Counted from the first letter of the stretch, positions 31,940-44,041 are shown. The stretch: 64,000 nucleotides of DNA from an uncultured Acidobacteriota bacterium (GCA_963788605.1 CAWBHD010000015.1:26739-90738); one strand, 5' to 3'. Program-made: numbers and translations. Notes: generated from the sequence alone by a model not told the origin.

Positions 31940-31993
31940 CCACGGATTACGCGGAGAAGCACCGATAAGAAACTAAATCCGTGGAATCCGTGG
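31940..31993. repeat. AATCCGTGG tandem repeat with inverted partner in the murC-murG spacer
   Basis: CCACGGATT at 31940-31948 is the inverted partner of AATCCGTGG at 31976-31984 and 31985-31993. The last copy abuts the murG stop. The same unit occurs at 42326-42344. Confidence 0.7.
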
Positions 31994-33060
31994 CTAGTCT
32001 TCGATTCCAGCCAGCCGGGCTGCCATGGCCGCGATGTCACGCGCGGCATTCGGATGCGACAGCTTTCGGGCCGCTTCACCCATCTTTTCGAGCCGCGACG
32101 GGTCGCCGAGCAGTGAACTCACCGTTTCCACCAGGCTTTGACGGTCGAGTTTCGATTCTTCCAGCATCACCGCTGCGCCCGCGCGCTCCAGCGCCTCGGC
32201 ATTGCGCTTCTGATGATCGTCGGCAGCGCGAGGAAAGGGAACGAACACCGCCGGCTTTCCCGCCGCCGTGATTTCCGCCACGGTGCTGGCTCCGGAGCGG
32301 CAGATCAACAAACTCGCGCGCGCGAAAGCGCCGGGCATGTCGTCGATGAAGCGATGGGCTTCAACGGCTCCGTCCAGCTTTGCGTAGGCCGCCTGCGCGT
32401 CATTGATAGTCACGTTCGCCGGTCTGGTGGACGATCTGCAATCCGGGAACTCGCGCCAGCGCTTCTCCGGCAGACTCCATCACCACTTGGTTGATGGCAT
32501 GCGCTCCCTGGCTTCCGCCGAAGACGAGCAGCGTCGGGACAGCCGGCGTCGTCGGCAATCTGAAAGAATGCCTCGCGCACGGGCACTCCGGTGACTTCGC
32601 AGCGGCGAAAGTATCGTCCAGTTTCCTCAAAGTGGACCGCCGCGGCCGAAACGAAGCGCGCCACCACTCGATTGGCAAATCCGGGAACGAAGTTCGGCTC
32701 GAATACCAGCGTCGGAATGCGCATGAGGACTGCCGCCAGCATTGCCGGGCCGGAGGCGTATCCGCCGACGCCGATCACAACGTCCGGACGAAACTCGCGA
32801 AAGATGCGCCGCGATTCCCAGACCGCTCGCGGCAGATCGGAGAAAGTCCTCAGCCGGGTCGCCAGGCTGACATTCTTGAGCGCGCCCACTTGCACCAATC
32901 GCAGGGGAAACCCCGCCGCCGGAACCAGGCGGTTCTCAATGCCGCGCGCGGTGCCGATGAACAGAATCTCGGCGTTGTAATCTTTCTGGAGTTGCTGGGC
33001 GATGGCGAGCGCGGGGATCACGTGTCCGCCGGTCCCGCCTCCCGCCAGAATGGCCCGCAT
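31994..33060 (-). pseudogene. murG: UDP-GlcNAc:lipid I GlcNAc transferase MurG; two frame shifts as assembled
   Basis: ORF 32410..33060 gives [22 protein letters not shown] 32400..32678 gives [21 protein letters not shown] 31994..32413 gives [27 protein letters not shown]...DDHQKRNAE. Confidence 0.9.
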
Positions 33061-33193
33061 GCAGTGACTATAAACCGGAATAGGTATCCGCGATGCGCGG
33101 GAAGTTAACCCTTTAGCTGCGTTGGCAATTTGCCGGCTGGAAATCTGACCGGGCTTTGCCCGGTTTGAAGCCGGGGCGGCTGTCCCCAGGTGA

Positions 33194-34288
33194 TTATTCG
33201 GCTTGCTTGGAAACGTTCAGCAGCACACCCACGCAAGCCAAGGTCGAACAGCAGCGACGACCCGCCATAGGAGACGAACGGCAGTGGGATGCCCTTGGTC
33301 GGCATCAGCCCGAGCACCACGCTGATGTTGATGAAGGCCTGCACCACGATCATGCTGGTGATGCCCACGGCCAGAAAGCGCCCGAACATGTCTTGCGGTC
33401 GTCAGGGCGGTGCGAATACCCCGCCACAGGAAGATCGCAAACAGCAGGACGATCACCAGCGAGCCCACCAGCCCCAGTTCTTCCGCGGTCACCGCAAAGA
33501 TGAAGTCGGTGTGCGGCTCCGGCAGATAGAAAAGCTTCTGCTTGCCTTCCATCAGCCCGACGCCGGTGATGCCGCCGGTGCTCACTGCGATCAGCGACTG
33601 AATAATGTGGAAGCCACGGCCCTGCGGATCGGAGTAAGGATTCAGAAAGGCCAGGATGCGGTCGCGGCGATAGGCCACGTGAAAGATCAGGAAATAGAGC
33701 GGCAGCAGCGACGCCAGCAAATGCGTAGCCAAGATAACGCAGCTCGAGCCCGGCCACAAACAGGACGCAGCCCGTGATGGCGGCACAGGCGATGGCTGTT
33801 CCCAAGTCCGGCTGAAAGACGATCAGGGCAATAAAGATCAGGGTGGGGACAACGGCAGGCAGAACCGTATTGCGCCAGTCTTTCATGGATTTCGTACGGG
33901 TCTCCAGAAAGAATGCCAGGAACAGAATCAGCGCAGGCTTGGCCATTTCAGAGGGCTGAAAGGAGATCGGGCCCCAGTGAATCCAGCGATGAGTGTGATG
34001 CGCGCGATCCAGGAAGAAAACCGAGATCAGCATCAGAGTGGTCAGGCCCAGCAGCGAGAAGACTACCGCCGGATGCTTGTAGCGGCGATAGTCGACCTTC
34101 ATGGCCACGACCATTGCCAGGATTCCGGCCACCGCCCACCCTAACTGCCGCAACAGAAAAAAATAACCAGAGCCGTAACGCTCCTTGGCCATGACCGCGG
34201 AGGCGCTGAACACCATTACCAGCCCAACGAAGATCAGGAGCAGGGTTACAGTGAACAGCCAGCTATCGACACTAACGCGCTTCGCCAT
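33194..34288 (-). pseudogene. ftsW: peptidoglycan glycosyltransferase FtsW (SEDS family); at least 3 frame shifts as assembled
   Basis: ORF 33350..34288 carries the N-terminal half. ORF 33217..33786 gives RILAFLNPYSDPQGRGFHIIQSLIAVSTGGITGVGLMEGKQKLFYLPEPHTDFIFA. ORF 33105..33389 gives [22 protein letters not shown]. The hand-read end is ...[13 protein letters not shown] with its stop at 33194-33196. Confidence 0.85.
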
Positions 34289-34358
34289 GGAGAGATTTCA
34301 TTTCACCACGGAGGCATGAAGACATGGAGGCTTTTCATGGATGATTTTGGGCAGGGAT

Positions 34359-35728
34359 TTAACTCTTTTGGTTCGCCCGCTCCGCCAAAGCCTTCACCAC
34401 CTCCTTGAAGACCTTGCCACGGTGCTCGTAGTTGCGGAACTGGTCGAAGCTGGCGCAGGCGGGAGCCAGTAGCACAATGTCCCCTGGCTTGGCGGCGTCA
34501 GTGGCATGCTTGATGGCACTTTCCAGGGTTTCGGCGTGGACGATTTCCGCCGCGTCGTTTATTTGGGATTCGATCTTTGCAGCCGCCGCGCCGATGGTGT
34601 AAACCCGCTTCACACGCTGGCGGAGCAGGTCGTTCAGAACGGTATAGTCGCTGCCTTTGTCCTTGCCACCGAGGATAAGGTGGATGTTTGCCGGAAAGGA
34701 TTCCAGCGCCTTGATGGTGGCATCAACGTTGGTCGCCTTGGAATCGTTGTAGTATTCCACTCCACGAATCGTGGCCACGTGCTCCAGGCGATGCTCGACG
34801 GCCTTGAAGTCATGAACCGTCTTGCGGATCCGGTCGGGCTCGCAGCGCAGCAGCGCGCCCACGCAGACCGCGGCCAGAACATTTTCCACGTTATGCGCGC
34901 CCTTCAGCGGAATTTCCGACACTAGCATGATCTCTCTTTGACCGCTGTGATCGCGGAACAAGATGCGGCCATCGTGGACGAAAGCGCCCTGCTTCACTTC
35001 CTTCTTGCGGCTGAACCAGAAAACTTGTGCCCGGGTGCGGGCTGCCAGTTCGACACAGGTCAGGTCGTCGGCGTTGAGTACGGCAAAATCTTCGGCTGTC
35101 TGATTTTCGAAGATGCGCGCTTTGGCGTCGGTATAGGCCGCGAAAGTGCGATGCCGGTCGAGATGGTCGGGAGTGACATTGAGAACCACGGCAATCTGGG
35201 GGCGGAATGTTTGAATGGTTTCCAGTTGGAAGCTGGAGACTTCCCAGACGGCGATGGTTTCACCCGTTGCGCCTTCAACCTGTGAGATCGCGGGTGTACC
35301 GATGTTTCCGCCGACTGCTGCGCGATATCCGCCAGCCGTAACGATTTCTCCGGTCAACGTCGTCGTGGTGGTCTTGCCGTTGGAACCGGTGATGGCGACG
35401 ATGCGTCCAGGGAAAAATCGAGCGGCCAATTCGATCTCGCCGATGACGTCTGCGCCGAGGGCGCGCGCCTGTACTAGCGGAGGAGCGTCCGCAGGCACGC
35501 CGGGGCTGACTACGATCAGGTCTTGCCCTCGAAAGTGCGCTCGCCGTGGCCACCGGTCTCGACCGCGATGCCCTGGTCGAGGAGCGCTGGAATTTCGTCT
35601 TTCAGTTGGTCCTGAGGCTTAGCATCTGAAACAGTAACCCGCGCACCCCTGGCCTTCAGAAACAGCGCCGAGGCCACCCCGGACTTGCCCAGGCCGACAA
35701 CCAGCACGCGTTTGTTATTTACGTCCAT
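34359..35728 (-). pseudogene. murD: UDP-N-acetylmuramoylalanine--D-glutamate ligase MurD; one frame shift near the 5' end as assembled
   Basis: ORF 35516..35728 (MDVNNKRVLVVGLGKSGVASALFL...) joins ORF 34359..35498 (...ITGSNGKTTTT...). Reading TT at 35523-35524 as TTT restores FEGKDLIVVSPGVPADAPP. Confidence 0.9.
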
Positions 35729-35739
35729 AAAACCTGACT

Positions 35740-35805
35740 CACCACAGAGACACCGAGAAGAACCGAAACCCTTATTTGTCTCTGTGACTCCGTGTCTCTG
35801 TGGTG
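35740..35805. repeat. long hairpin in the mraY-murD spacer built from CACAGAGACAC units
   Basis: CACCACAGAGACAC (35740-35753) pairs with GTGTCTCTGTGGTG (35792-35805), a 14-bp perfect stem. An extra GTCTCTGTG copy is at 35779-35787. Confidence 0.7.
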
Positions 35806-35809
35806 GAAG

Positions 35810-36943
35810 CTATCTTAACTTCAAGGTCGTCAGCGCGAACAGTGCAAACACCAGCGACGCGATCCAGAAGCGCACGATAATTTTCGATTCCGACCAGCCC
35901 AGCAATTCAAAGTGATGATGAATGGGCGCCATTTTGAAGATACGCTTCTTGCGCAGTTTGTAGGATGCCACCTGCAGAATCACCGAGACGGCCTCGATCA
36001 CGAACACCCCCCCAATGAAGGGCAGCAACAGTTCCTGCTTGATCATTACTGCAACCGTGCCGATGGCGCCGCCAAGAGCGAGCGAACCTACGTCTCCCAT
36101 GAAGACTTCGGCGGGATGCGCGTTGTACCAAAGAAAGCCGATTGCCGCGCCCACCATGGCGCCGCAGAAGATGGTTAATTCACCAACCTGCGGCATGCGC
36201 TGCAGTTCGAGGTAGGCAGCGAATGTAGCGTGGCCACTGACATAAGTGAGCACGGCCAAAGCTCCCGCGGCGATCACGGTGCAACCGATGGCCAGACCGT
36301 CCAGCCCATCGGTCAGGTTTACCGCATTGCTCGATCCCACAATCACCAGCACCACGAATGCGATAAACGGGAGAAAGGCCAACGGCCACAAATGAGCATG
36401 GCGCTCCAGACTCCCAATCACCAGGTCAGGCCGAAATTGCTTGAAGAAAGGCACCACCAGCCGAGTCGAATAAAGATTGCGGGTTTGCATGACGATCAGC
36501 GCGACCGCGATCAGAACGCTGGTGGCGATCTGGAGACCGATCTTAGCCTTGCCGGTCAACCCCAGATTTCTGCGATGCACAACTTTGGTGTAGTCGTCGG
36601 TGAAGCCGATGGCGGCGAAGGCAGAGGTGGCAACAACCGCAATCCACACGAACCGGTTAGTCAGGTCAGCCCACAGCAGCGTCGGAATCACAATCGAAAT
36701 TGCAATCAGCAAGCCTCCCATGGTGGGAGTGCCGGCTTTTTTCTGATGAGCCTTGGGACCTTCTTCGCGGATGTACTGGCCGATTTGAAATTCGCGCAGC
36801 CGGTTGATGACCAGCGGACCGACGATGAGTCCCGTGAACAGCGCGGTCAGGCTGGCAAACGCAGTGCGGAAGGTCAGATAACGGAAGATGCGGAACGGCG
36901 GGAAGTAATGAAACAGCTTCTCGTACAGCAGCCAATAAAGCAA
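35810..36943 (-). CDS. mraY: phospho-N-acetylmuramoyl-pentapeptide transferase MraY
   Basis: Intact 377-aa ORF, polytopic, with conserved GTPTMGG, NAVNLTDGLDGLA and HHHFE blocks. Confidence 0.95.
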   Translation of the reverse strand: MLYWLLYEKLFHYFPPFRIFRYLTFRTAFASLTALFTGLIVGPLVINRLREFQIGQYIREEGPKAHQKKAGTPTMGGLLIAISIVIPTLLWADLTNRFVWIAVVATSAFAAIGFTDDYTKVVHRRNLGLTGKAKIGLQIATSVLIAVALIVMQTRNLYSTRLVVPFFKQFRPDLVIGSLERHAHLWPLAFLPFIAFVVLVIVGSSNAVNLTDGLDGLAIGCTVIAAGALAVLTYVSGHATFAAYLELQRMPQVGELTIFCGAMVGAAIGFLWYNAHPAEVFMGDVGSLALGGAIGTVAVMIKQELLLPFIGGVFVIEAVSVILQVASYKLRKKRIFKMAPIHHHFELLGWSESKIIVRFWIASLVFALFALTTLKLR

Positions 36944-36997
36944 TCAGCCTCCGTTCAGTCGTTGGTCGCTTGGTCGCTCGTCGTTGGCAACTCGCGA

Positions 36998-38386
36998 CTA
37001 GCGGCTCGCGGCTGACGACTGTTGCGACTGCCACTTCTCCAGCGCCCGCTCCAACTTCACGCCGCGCGATGCCTTCATCAGCACCACGTCTCCGTCGCGA
37101 GTTTCGCGAGCCAGCCAGTCGCCTGCTTCTTCCGGGCGTGGCGACGAACTCCGCGCACATTCCAGCCTGACTCGGCGGCTTCCACCATCGGCTGCGCCAG
37201 ACCTCGTACTCCCAGCAGCAGATCGATTTTCTTTCTGGCGATGTGCTGCCCGGCCTGCCGATGAAGTTCGTCTCCGGCCGGACCGAGTTCGAGCATCGCG
37301 CCCACTACCACGATTCTGCGCTTGGCCGGCATCGCCGCCAAAGTATCGACCATGGCTTCGAGAGCTTTCGGATTGGAATTGTAGCAATCGTTGATGACTG
37401 TGATGTTACCGAGCTTGGACGACCTGTCCACGTTTGTCCGCCGGGGCAAGCGACGCCAGCGCGCCCACGGCCTCGGAAGGCGTCAGCCCGCGTTCCAGTC
37501 CCACCGCAACTGCCGCCAGCGCGTTGTAAATGTTGTGTGTGCCCACCAGGGGCAGAGACGCCTTTTCGCGGCAACCCCCCGACTACCACGTCAAACGTCG
37601 ATCCGTCCGATCCCCGCTGTTGAATGTTTTCTGCGCGCACGTCCGCCGCGGCCCGCAGGCCGTACAGCACCACCTTGCCATGAAAATCGCGGCCGAATTG
37701 CGAAACGTATTCGTCATCGGCGTTCAGGATCGCGGTTCCGGCGGCGGGGAGGGATTCAATCAGTTCATACTTCGCGCGCGCGATTCCGCGACGGACTCGA
37801 AAAACTCCAAGTGCACCGGAGCTACGTTGGTCACCACGCCAATTTCCGGCTGCGCGATCTTCGCCAAGGCGGCGATCTCGCCCGCGTGCGACATGCCCAT
37901 CTCGATGACGGCCATGTCGTGCTCCGGTTCGAGCTTGAGCAGCATCAGGGGCAGACCAAAATGATTATTGAAGTTGCCTTCGGATTTCAGCACGCGGAAG
38001 CGGCTCGACAAAACGTGGGCAATGGCTTCTTTGGTGGTGGTCTTGCCGGTCGATCCGGTTATCCCGATCAGCGGTTTGCCCCACAAGCGTCGCACCGCAC
38101 CGGCCAGGGTCTGTAGTGCCACCAGAGTGTCGTTGACAGCCATGAGCCGCGTTTTGACTGGATAACGAGCAGCTTGGTCTTTGCGAATGACTGCAGCCAC
38201 TGCGCCTTTGTCCAGCGCCTGATCTACGAAGTCGTGGCCGTCCATGCGTTCGCCCTTGACCGCGAAGAAGAGCTCACCTGGCTGAATGGTGCGGGAGTCG
38301 ATGGAATACCCCTGTGCGACCGCTTTGTGATCGAATTCGCCCGCCGCGGAAAGAAATTCGGCAACTCGAGAAAGGGGAAGCTTCAT
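36998..38386 (-). pseudogene. murF: UDP-MurNAc-tripeptide--D-Ala-D-Ala ligase MurF; at least 4 frame shifts as assembled
   Basis: ATG 38386 overlaps the murE stop (ATGA). ORF 37760..38602 gives MKLPLSRVAEFL...GITGSTGKTTTKE. The gene continues in 37305..37673, 37078..37449 (NITVINDCYNSNPKALEAMVDTLA) and 36998..37387 (DGDVVLMKASRGVKLE). Confidence 0.85.
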
Positions 38387-39906
38387 TGGGTCTTCCCCGC
38401 GGCAGTGTTGGCCGCTTCGCAGCTGTAGCCAGCCTCGCGCAAAATCTGGTGGGCTACTTCCACGTCGTCGAACGGAATCGATCCTTCGCGCGTGATCTGC
38501 ACCTTCTCGTGGCCCTTGCCTGCGATTAGAACGATGTCGCCCGGCCCGGCTTCGCGGATGGCCAAGCCAATGGCGGCTCTCCGGTCCGGTTCCACTTTGC
38601 ATTTCGTGCCCGAGCGCTGCAGGCCGACCATGGCGTCGTTAATGATGGCCAGCGGATCTTCGCTGCGCGGATTGTCTGAGGTTAAGACTACGAAATCGCT
38701 GCCCCGGCCAGCGGCTTCGCCCATCAGCGGACGCTTGGCCCGATCGCGATCGCCGCCGCAGCCGAAAACAGTGATCACGCGCGCTTTTTGTCCCGCTCGT
38801 TGCACGAATTCTCGGGCCAGCGCTGTCAGATTGCGAAGCGCATCGTCGGTGTGGGCGTAGTCCACGACCACGGTAAACGGTTGTTTGCAGTCCACTCGCT
38901 CGAAGCGGCCCGGTACGCGGGCCAGCGAAGCGATTCCATTGGCGATCGCTTCAGGTTTGCAGGCGCGGGCGTAGGCTGCGCCGGCCGCGGCGAGGATGTT
39001 GTACACGTTCACCCGGCCGATCAGCGGAGAGAATACGGGCACAACTTCCTCTGGCGTGATCAGGTCGAAGCGCGTGCCTCGTGGTGTGATGTCGACTTTG
39101 TCGGCGTGCAAGTCGCCGCTGGTCAGACCATAAGTCAAAACTTCAGAGCCATGTTTCTTGCTCAGCTTTACCAGCTTCTGCCCATATTCGTCCTCAGCAT
39201 TAAGCACGGCGACACGCGGCGGATCCGTGCCACAGCCTTCAAACAGCACTTGCTTGGAAGCGAAATACTCTTCCATGGTGTGGTGATAGTCGAGGTGGTC
39301 GCGGGTGAGATTGGTGAACACGGCGACGTCGAATGGAACCCCGTAGACGCGTTGCTGAGCCAGCGCGTGTGAGGAAACTTCCATCACTGCCTCGGTCGCG
39401 CCGTTGCCCAGGGCCTCGGCCAACATTCGATTCAGATCGAGCGCTTCCGGTGTCGTATGCGGCGCGGGGAGGATTTTTCCCGCGACGTGATATTCGATCG
39501 TCCCGATCAGCGCGCTCTTGCGATTGGCGGATGCGAGGACGGCTTCCACAAGGAATGCAGTGGTGCTCTTCCCGTTGGTGCCGGTGATGCCCGTGATCGC
39601 GAGCCGCTCGGCGGGACGTCTGTAGAAATTGGCGCTGAGCCGGGCCAGGGCCCTCCGTCCGTGGGGAACTTGCGCCCACGCAACCCCTTCGCGCGGCGTC
39701 TCAGTCGCAGAGTCGGTGACGACTGCTACTGCGCCTTGTGCGATCACCTTATCGATGAACTTGTTCCCATCGCTGGACTCGCCCCGCATGGCGACGAATG
39801 CGTCGCCGGGCTTTATCTGCCGCGAGTCGTATTCCAACCCACTGACGTTCGGATTGCCGCTCTGGGCGAGGACTTCCGCGCCGTGCAGAAGCTGGAGGAA
39901 ATTCAT
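38383..39906 (-). CDS. murE: UDP-MurNAc-L-Ala-D-Glu--2,6-diaminopimelate ligase MurE
   Basis: Intact 507-aa ORF with ITGTNGKSTTA and a DNPR-type motif (LTSDNPRSEDP). Confidence 0.95.
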   Translation of the reverse strand: MNFLQLLHGAEVLAQSGNPNVSGLEYDSRQIKPGDAFVAMRGESSDGNKFIDKVIAQGAVAVVTDSATETPREGVAWAQVPHGRRALARLSANFYRRPAERLAITGITGTNGKSTTAFLVEAVLASANRKSALIGTIEYHVAGKILPAPHTTPEALDLNRMLAEALGNGATEAVMEVSSHALAQQRVYGVPFDVAVFTNLTRDHLDYHHTMEEYFASKQVLFEGCGTDPPRVAVLNAEDEYGQKLVKLSKKHGSEVLTYGLTSGDLHADKVDITPRGTRFDLITPEEVVPVFSPLIGRVNVYNILAAAGAAYARACKPEAIANGIASLARVPGRFERVDCKQPFTVVVDYAHTDDALRNLTALAREFVQRAGQKARVITVFGCGGDRDRAKRPLMGEAAGRGSDFVVLTSDNPRSEDPLAIINDAMVGLQRSGTKCKVEPDRRAAIGLAIREAGPGDIVLIAGKGHEKVQITREGSIPFDDVEVAHQILREAGYSCEAANTAAGKTQ

Positions 39907-40019
39907 GAGGATTCTATTGTGAGCTTACTCCATTTCAATATCATGAGCAGATACTATCTCTTGCCTGCTCGGCTTTGGGCAAACTACCCGGACGAGGCGT
40001 CCGGGGCTACATCGGCATT

Positions 40020-42300
40020 TTAGCGGCCGAATTTCACGGTTACCCGTGCCCCGGTCGCTACGTGCGATCCCGCTGCCGGGTTTTGTTCCCGAGCCATCCC
40101 GCTGCCTTCTGCTTCCAGATCCAGGCCGCTATCCTCTGCCAGTTCGATCGCGCTGCGCACGCTCTTGCCCGCGAAAGACGGCACCACGATGCCTCCCTGT
40201 TCGACATCCAGCACAACCGTACCGCTGGATGGAAGGTGATCGGGAGCGGCAGGCATGGTTGACTGCGATGTCTCGGGAGCCGGAGACGGCTTGGGGTCAG
40301 CGGCCACAGTTTCACGCTGCCGTAGAGCCGCCGGAATGACAGCACCGGCATTCGATTCCGGAAGCGCATTGGCGGGGGCCCTCAGTGATGCCGGTGCCGG
40401 GCTCGGACTCTGAGCCTCTGCCGTGTCCAGTACATCACCCAGGTGGTCCGGTGAACCTTCCGCGAGTTCCTGCGTTTTCACCTGCCTCGAAGCCAGCAAC
40501 ACCTGACGGCTTCGCGGCAGCTCTACATCATGCGGCGTGTGCAAGTATTCCAGCACCTGCTGCGCAACCCGCTGGAACACCGGCGCTGAAACCTGTCCGC
40601 CCTGGTGCAAGCCGACGGCGGAGTCCAGAATCACCGCGACCACGATTGCGGGATTATTCACCGGCGCAAATCCGGCGAACGAAGCCACATACTTGGTCTG
40701 CGAATAGGCGTGGGTGCCGGGATCGACCTTTTGCGCGGTCCCGGTCTTGCCCGCGGACGAGTAGCCTTCGAGGATAGCTCTTTTCCCGGTGCCTTCGAGC
40801 ACGACCTTCTGCATCATCTGTTTCATCTGCGCGGCGGTCAGCGATGAAATCACGCGGCGGCCATCGGCGGGATGAAACGTCGACCGTCTGCGGAGTAGCT
40901 GTGCGGTCAGTCGTGGCCGCGACGATTCGGGGCGGAACCGAAACACCATCGTTGGCCATCGTCGAAATCAGTCGAGCCAACTGCAGCGGCGAAATGCCGA
41001 TTTCCTGGCCCATGGAGATGGCGCCAATCGAAACTTTCGACCAGCGGTTCACCGGTTTGGTCAAGCCCCGGGTCTCGCCGGGCAGTTCGATTCCGGTCTG
41101 CTGTCCGAAGCCGAACCCGCGAATGTATTTGTACAACCGGTCGTCGCCCAGGCGCAGCCCGATCTTGATGGCGCCCACGTCGCTCGATTCCGCCAGAATG
41201 TCCGCAGACCGGCAGCAGTCCGTGCGGCCGGCTGTCGTGGATGCGCATGCCATTGATGACGATCGATCCCATCTGGCAATCGAAGACTTCGTGCAGGCGT
41301 GGTCAGCTTTTCTTCCAGCGCCGCGGAGATGGTTACGACCTTGAACGTCGAGCCGGGCTCGTAGACGTCGCTGACGGCGTGGTTTTTCAGCTCGTTCGGG
41401 CGTGATTTCGCGGGTCAGGTTGGGATTGAAGGTGGGCTGGTTGGCCAGCGCCAGGATCTCGCCGGTGTGCGGATTCTCCACGATCACCGTGCCGCTTATG
41501 GCGTGGGTCTGCTCCATCGCGGTGTCCAGTTCGCGCTCGGCGATGTACTGGATTTGCTGGTCGATGGTGAGCACGACGTTCTCGCCGGGCTCGGGTTGCT
41601 TCTCGACGCTGCCGAACCATTTGCGGCGGGCGTCGACCGAGATCAGCATCTCGTCCGGGCTTGCCGTGCAGCTCGTCGTCAAACTCGCGCTCGATGCCGC
41701 TCAGGCCCTCGTCGTCCGTTCCCACGTAGCCGATCACCTGCGCCGCCAGTTCGCGCTTGGGATAAAAACGCTTCGATTCCTTCTGGAAGTAAATGCCGCG
41801 CAGATTCAGCGAGCGGATGCGGTCTGCCGTTTCCGCGTCCGCCTTGCGCGCCACCCAGCAAAAAGTGCGGGCAGCTTTGCACTTCGCCAGCAGTCTCGCG
41901 CGGATCGGTCTTGAGTGATTCGCGAAATCAGCGAGATGGTGCCGGCAAGATCGGGGATTTCCGTGGGCACCGCGAAAGCCGAGTCGACCGAGATCGACAT
42001 GGCCAGCTCGCGGCCGTCGCGGTCGTAGATGATGCCGCGCCGGGCAGAAACTTCCACCGTACGCTGCTGCTGATGCTGCGCCCGTTGCTCAAAACTGCCG
42101 TAGCGGAAGATTTGCAGATACACCAGCCGCAGGCAGATGCCGCCGCACCACAGAACCAGAATCGCGGCCAGAAGGTAGAGCCGGAGATTGGTGCGTTGTT
42201 GCGGGGTGTGTTGGCTGCCACGAATCGCGCCCTCTGGAACAAACATGGCGGCTTGGAAGCCGCCAGAAATCTGGGCCACGGATACCCACCGGATTTTCAC
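40020..42300 (-). pseudogene. ftsI: peptidoglycan D,D-transpeptidase FtsI (class B PBP) with C-terminal PASTA domain; at least 5 frame shifts as assembled
   Basis: Fragments are 41806..42300 (TM plus dimerisation start), 41387..41854 and 40654..41682. The hand-read frame near 41340-41400 gives NHAVSDVYEPGSTFKVVTISAALEEK (SxxK). Fragments 40907..41272 and 40020..40949 follow; the latter has AGKTGTAQK and a PASTA-like tail VVPSFAGKSVRSAIELAEDSGLDLEAEGSG. Confidence 0.85.
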
Positions 42301-42325
42301 GGATCACTGCTTAATACTCTCCGTA

Positions 42326-42344
42326 AATCCGTGTCAATCCGTGG
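42326..42344. repeat. AATCCGTG tandem repeat in the ftsL-ftsI spacer
   Basis: AATCCGTG is at 42326-42333 and AATCCGTGG at 42336-42344. It is the same unit as in 31976-31993. Confidence 0.65.
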
Positions 42345-42366
42345 CCAATGTCTTACGGCACCGAGA

Positions 42367-42823
42367 TCACCGGATACCGAGCGCGCTCGCCATCACCGGC
42401 GTGCTGGCATCCGGCGAAGCGGCATCCATGCGAATCACCTGGCCGGCCTGCGGCGGCTGCATTCCGTACTCCCGCGCCAGCTTGTCGATGCGTTCCGGAT
42501 AGCGCAGCGACGCTTCTTCCAGCCGAAGCGCGTGATTCATCTCCAGCAAGTCCGTCGCGCTGCGTTCTTCAGCGATTCGATCTTGTAGCCGTACTCGATG
42601 GCCTTGAAATGCTGCCAGGTGTAGGTCATCACCAGCAGGAAAAGGCAGCCCAGCGCAATGCCAAACTGCCTCATCTCGCGGCTGCGCTTGGGGTCTTCGA
42701 CTTTCACCAGGCGCGAATTGTCGATCGCCTTGGCGAAAGTAGATTTCCGGCGTACCAGTCCAGCACGGCTTTCGCCGGCTGCCGCGAATTGCTCCGTTGA
42801 ACTGCGACGGCCGCTGCTGCCAT
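42367..42823 (-). pseudogene. ftsL: cell division protein FtsL; two frame shifts as assembled
   Basis: The hand-read N-terminus from ATG 42823 is MAAAAVAVQRSNSRQPAKAVLDWYAGN. The next frame gives YFAKAIDNSRLVKVEDPKRSREMRQFGIALGCLFLLVMTYTWQHFKAIEYGYKIESLKNA. ORF 42367..42549 then gives LEMNHALRLEEASLRYPERIDKLAREYGM. Confidence 0.75.
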
Positions 42824-42991
42824 TTATGCCACCCCGAGTAGATTCGAATCGAACACTAGTTCACGCTGCGCTGGTAGAGAGCCAATAGCGTGAATCTCAT
42901 CTTCTTGCGGACTCGTCGTTTCTGTGAAGCGTGCTTTTCCGCGCGCTCCACCGCTTGCAATCAGTTCATCAATCAGTGTGCCCGTGTACAT
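42824..42991 (-). CDS. small ORF between rsmH and ftsL (55 aa as read; product uncertain)
   Basis: ATG 42991 lies 3 nt after GAGGAG (42995-43000). The TAA stop at 42824-42826 abuts the ftsL ATG (TAAATG). The product is MYTGTLIDELIASGGARGKARFTETTSPQEDEIHAIGSLPAQRELVFDSNLLGVA. A 1-nt shift gives an alternative 44-aa product. Confidence 0.4.
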   Translation of the reverse strand: MYTGTLIDELIASGGARGKARFTETTSPQEDEIHAIGSLPAQRELVFDSNLLGVA

Positions 42992-43072
42992 GTTCTCCTC
43001 TTTTCTACCTGCCAGCAGAACCTCTTCGCTCGATTTACCATCCCTGAGCAAGTGACATTTCCTGGAAACAAC

Positions 43073-44040
<968 letters not shown>

Positions 44041-44041
<1 letters not shown>

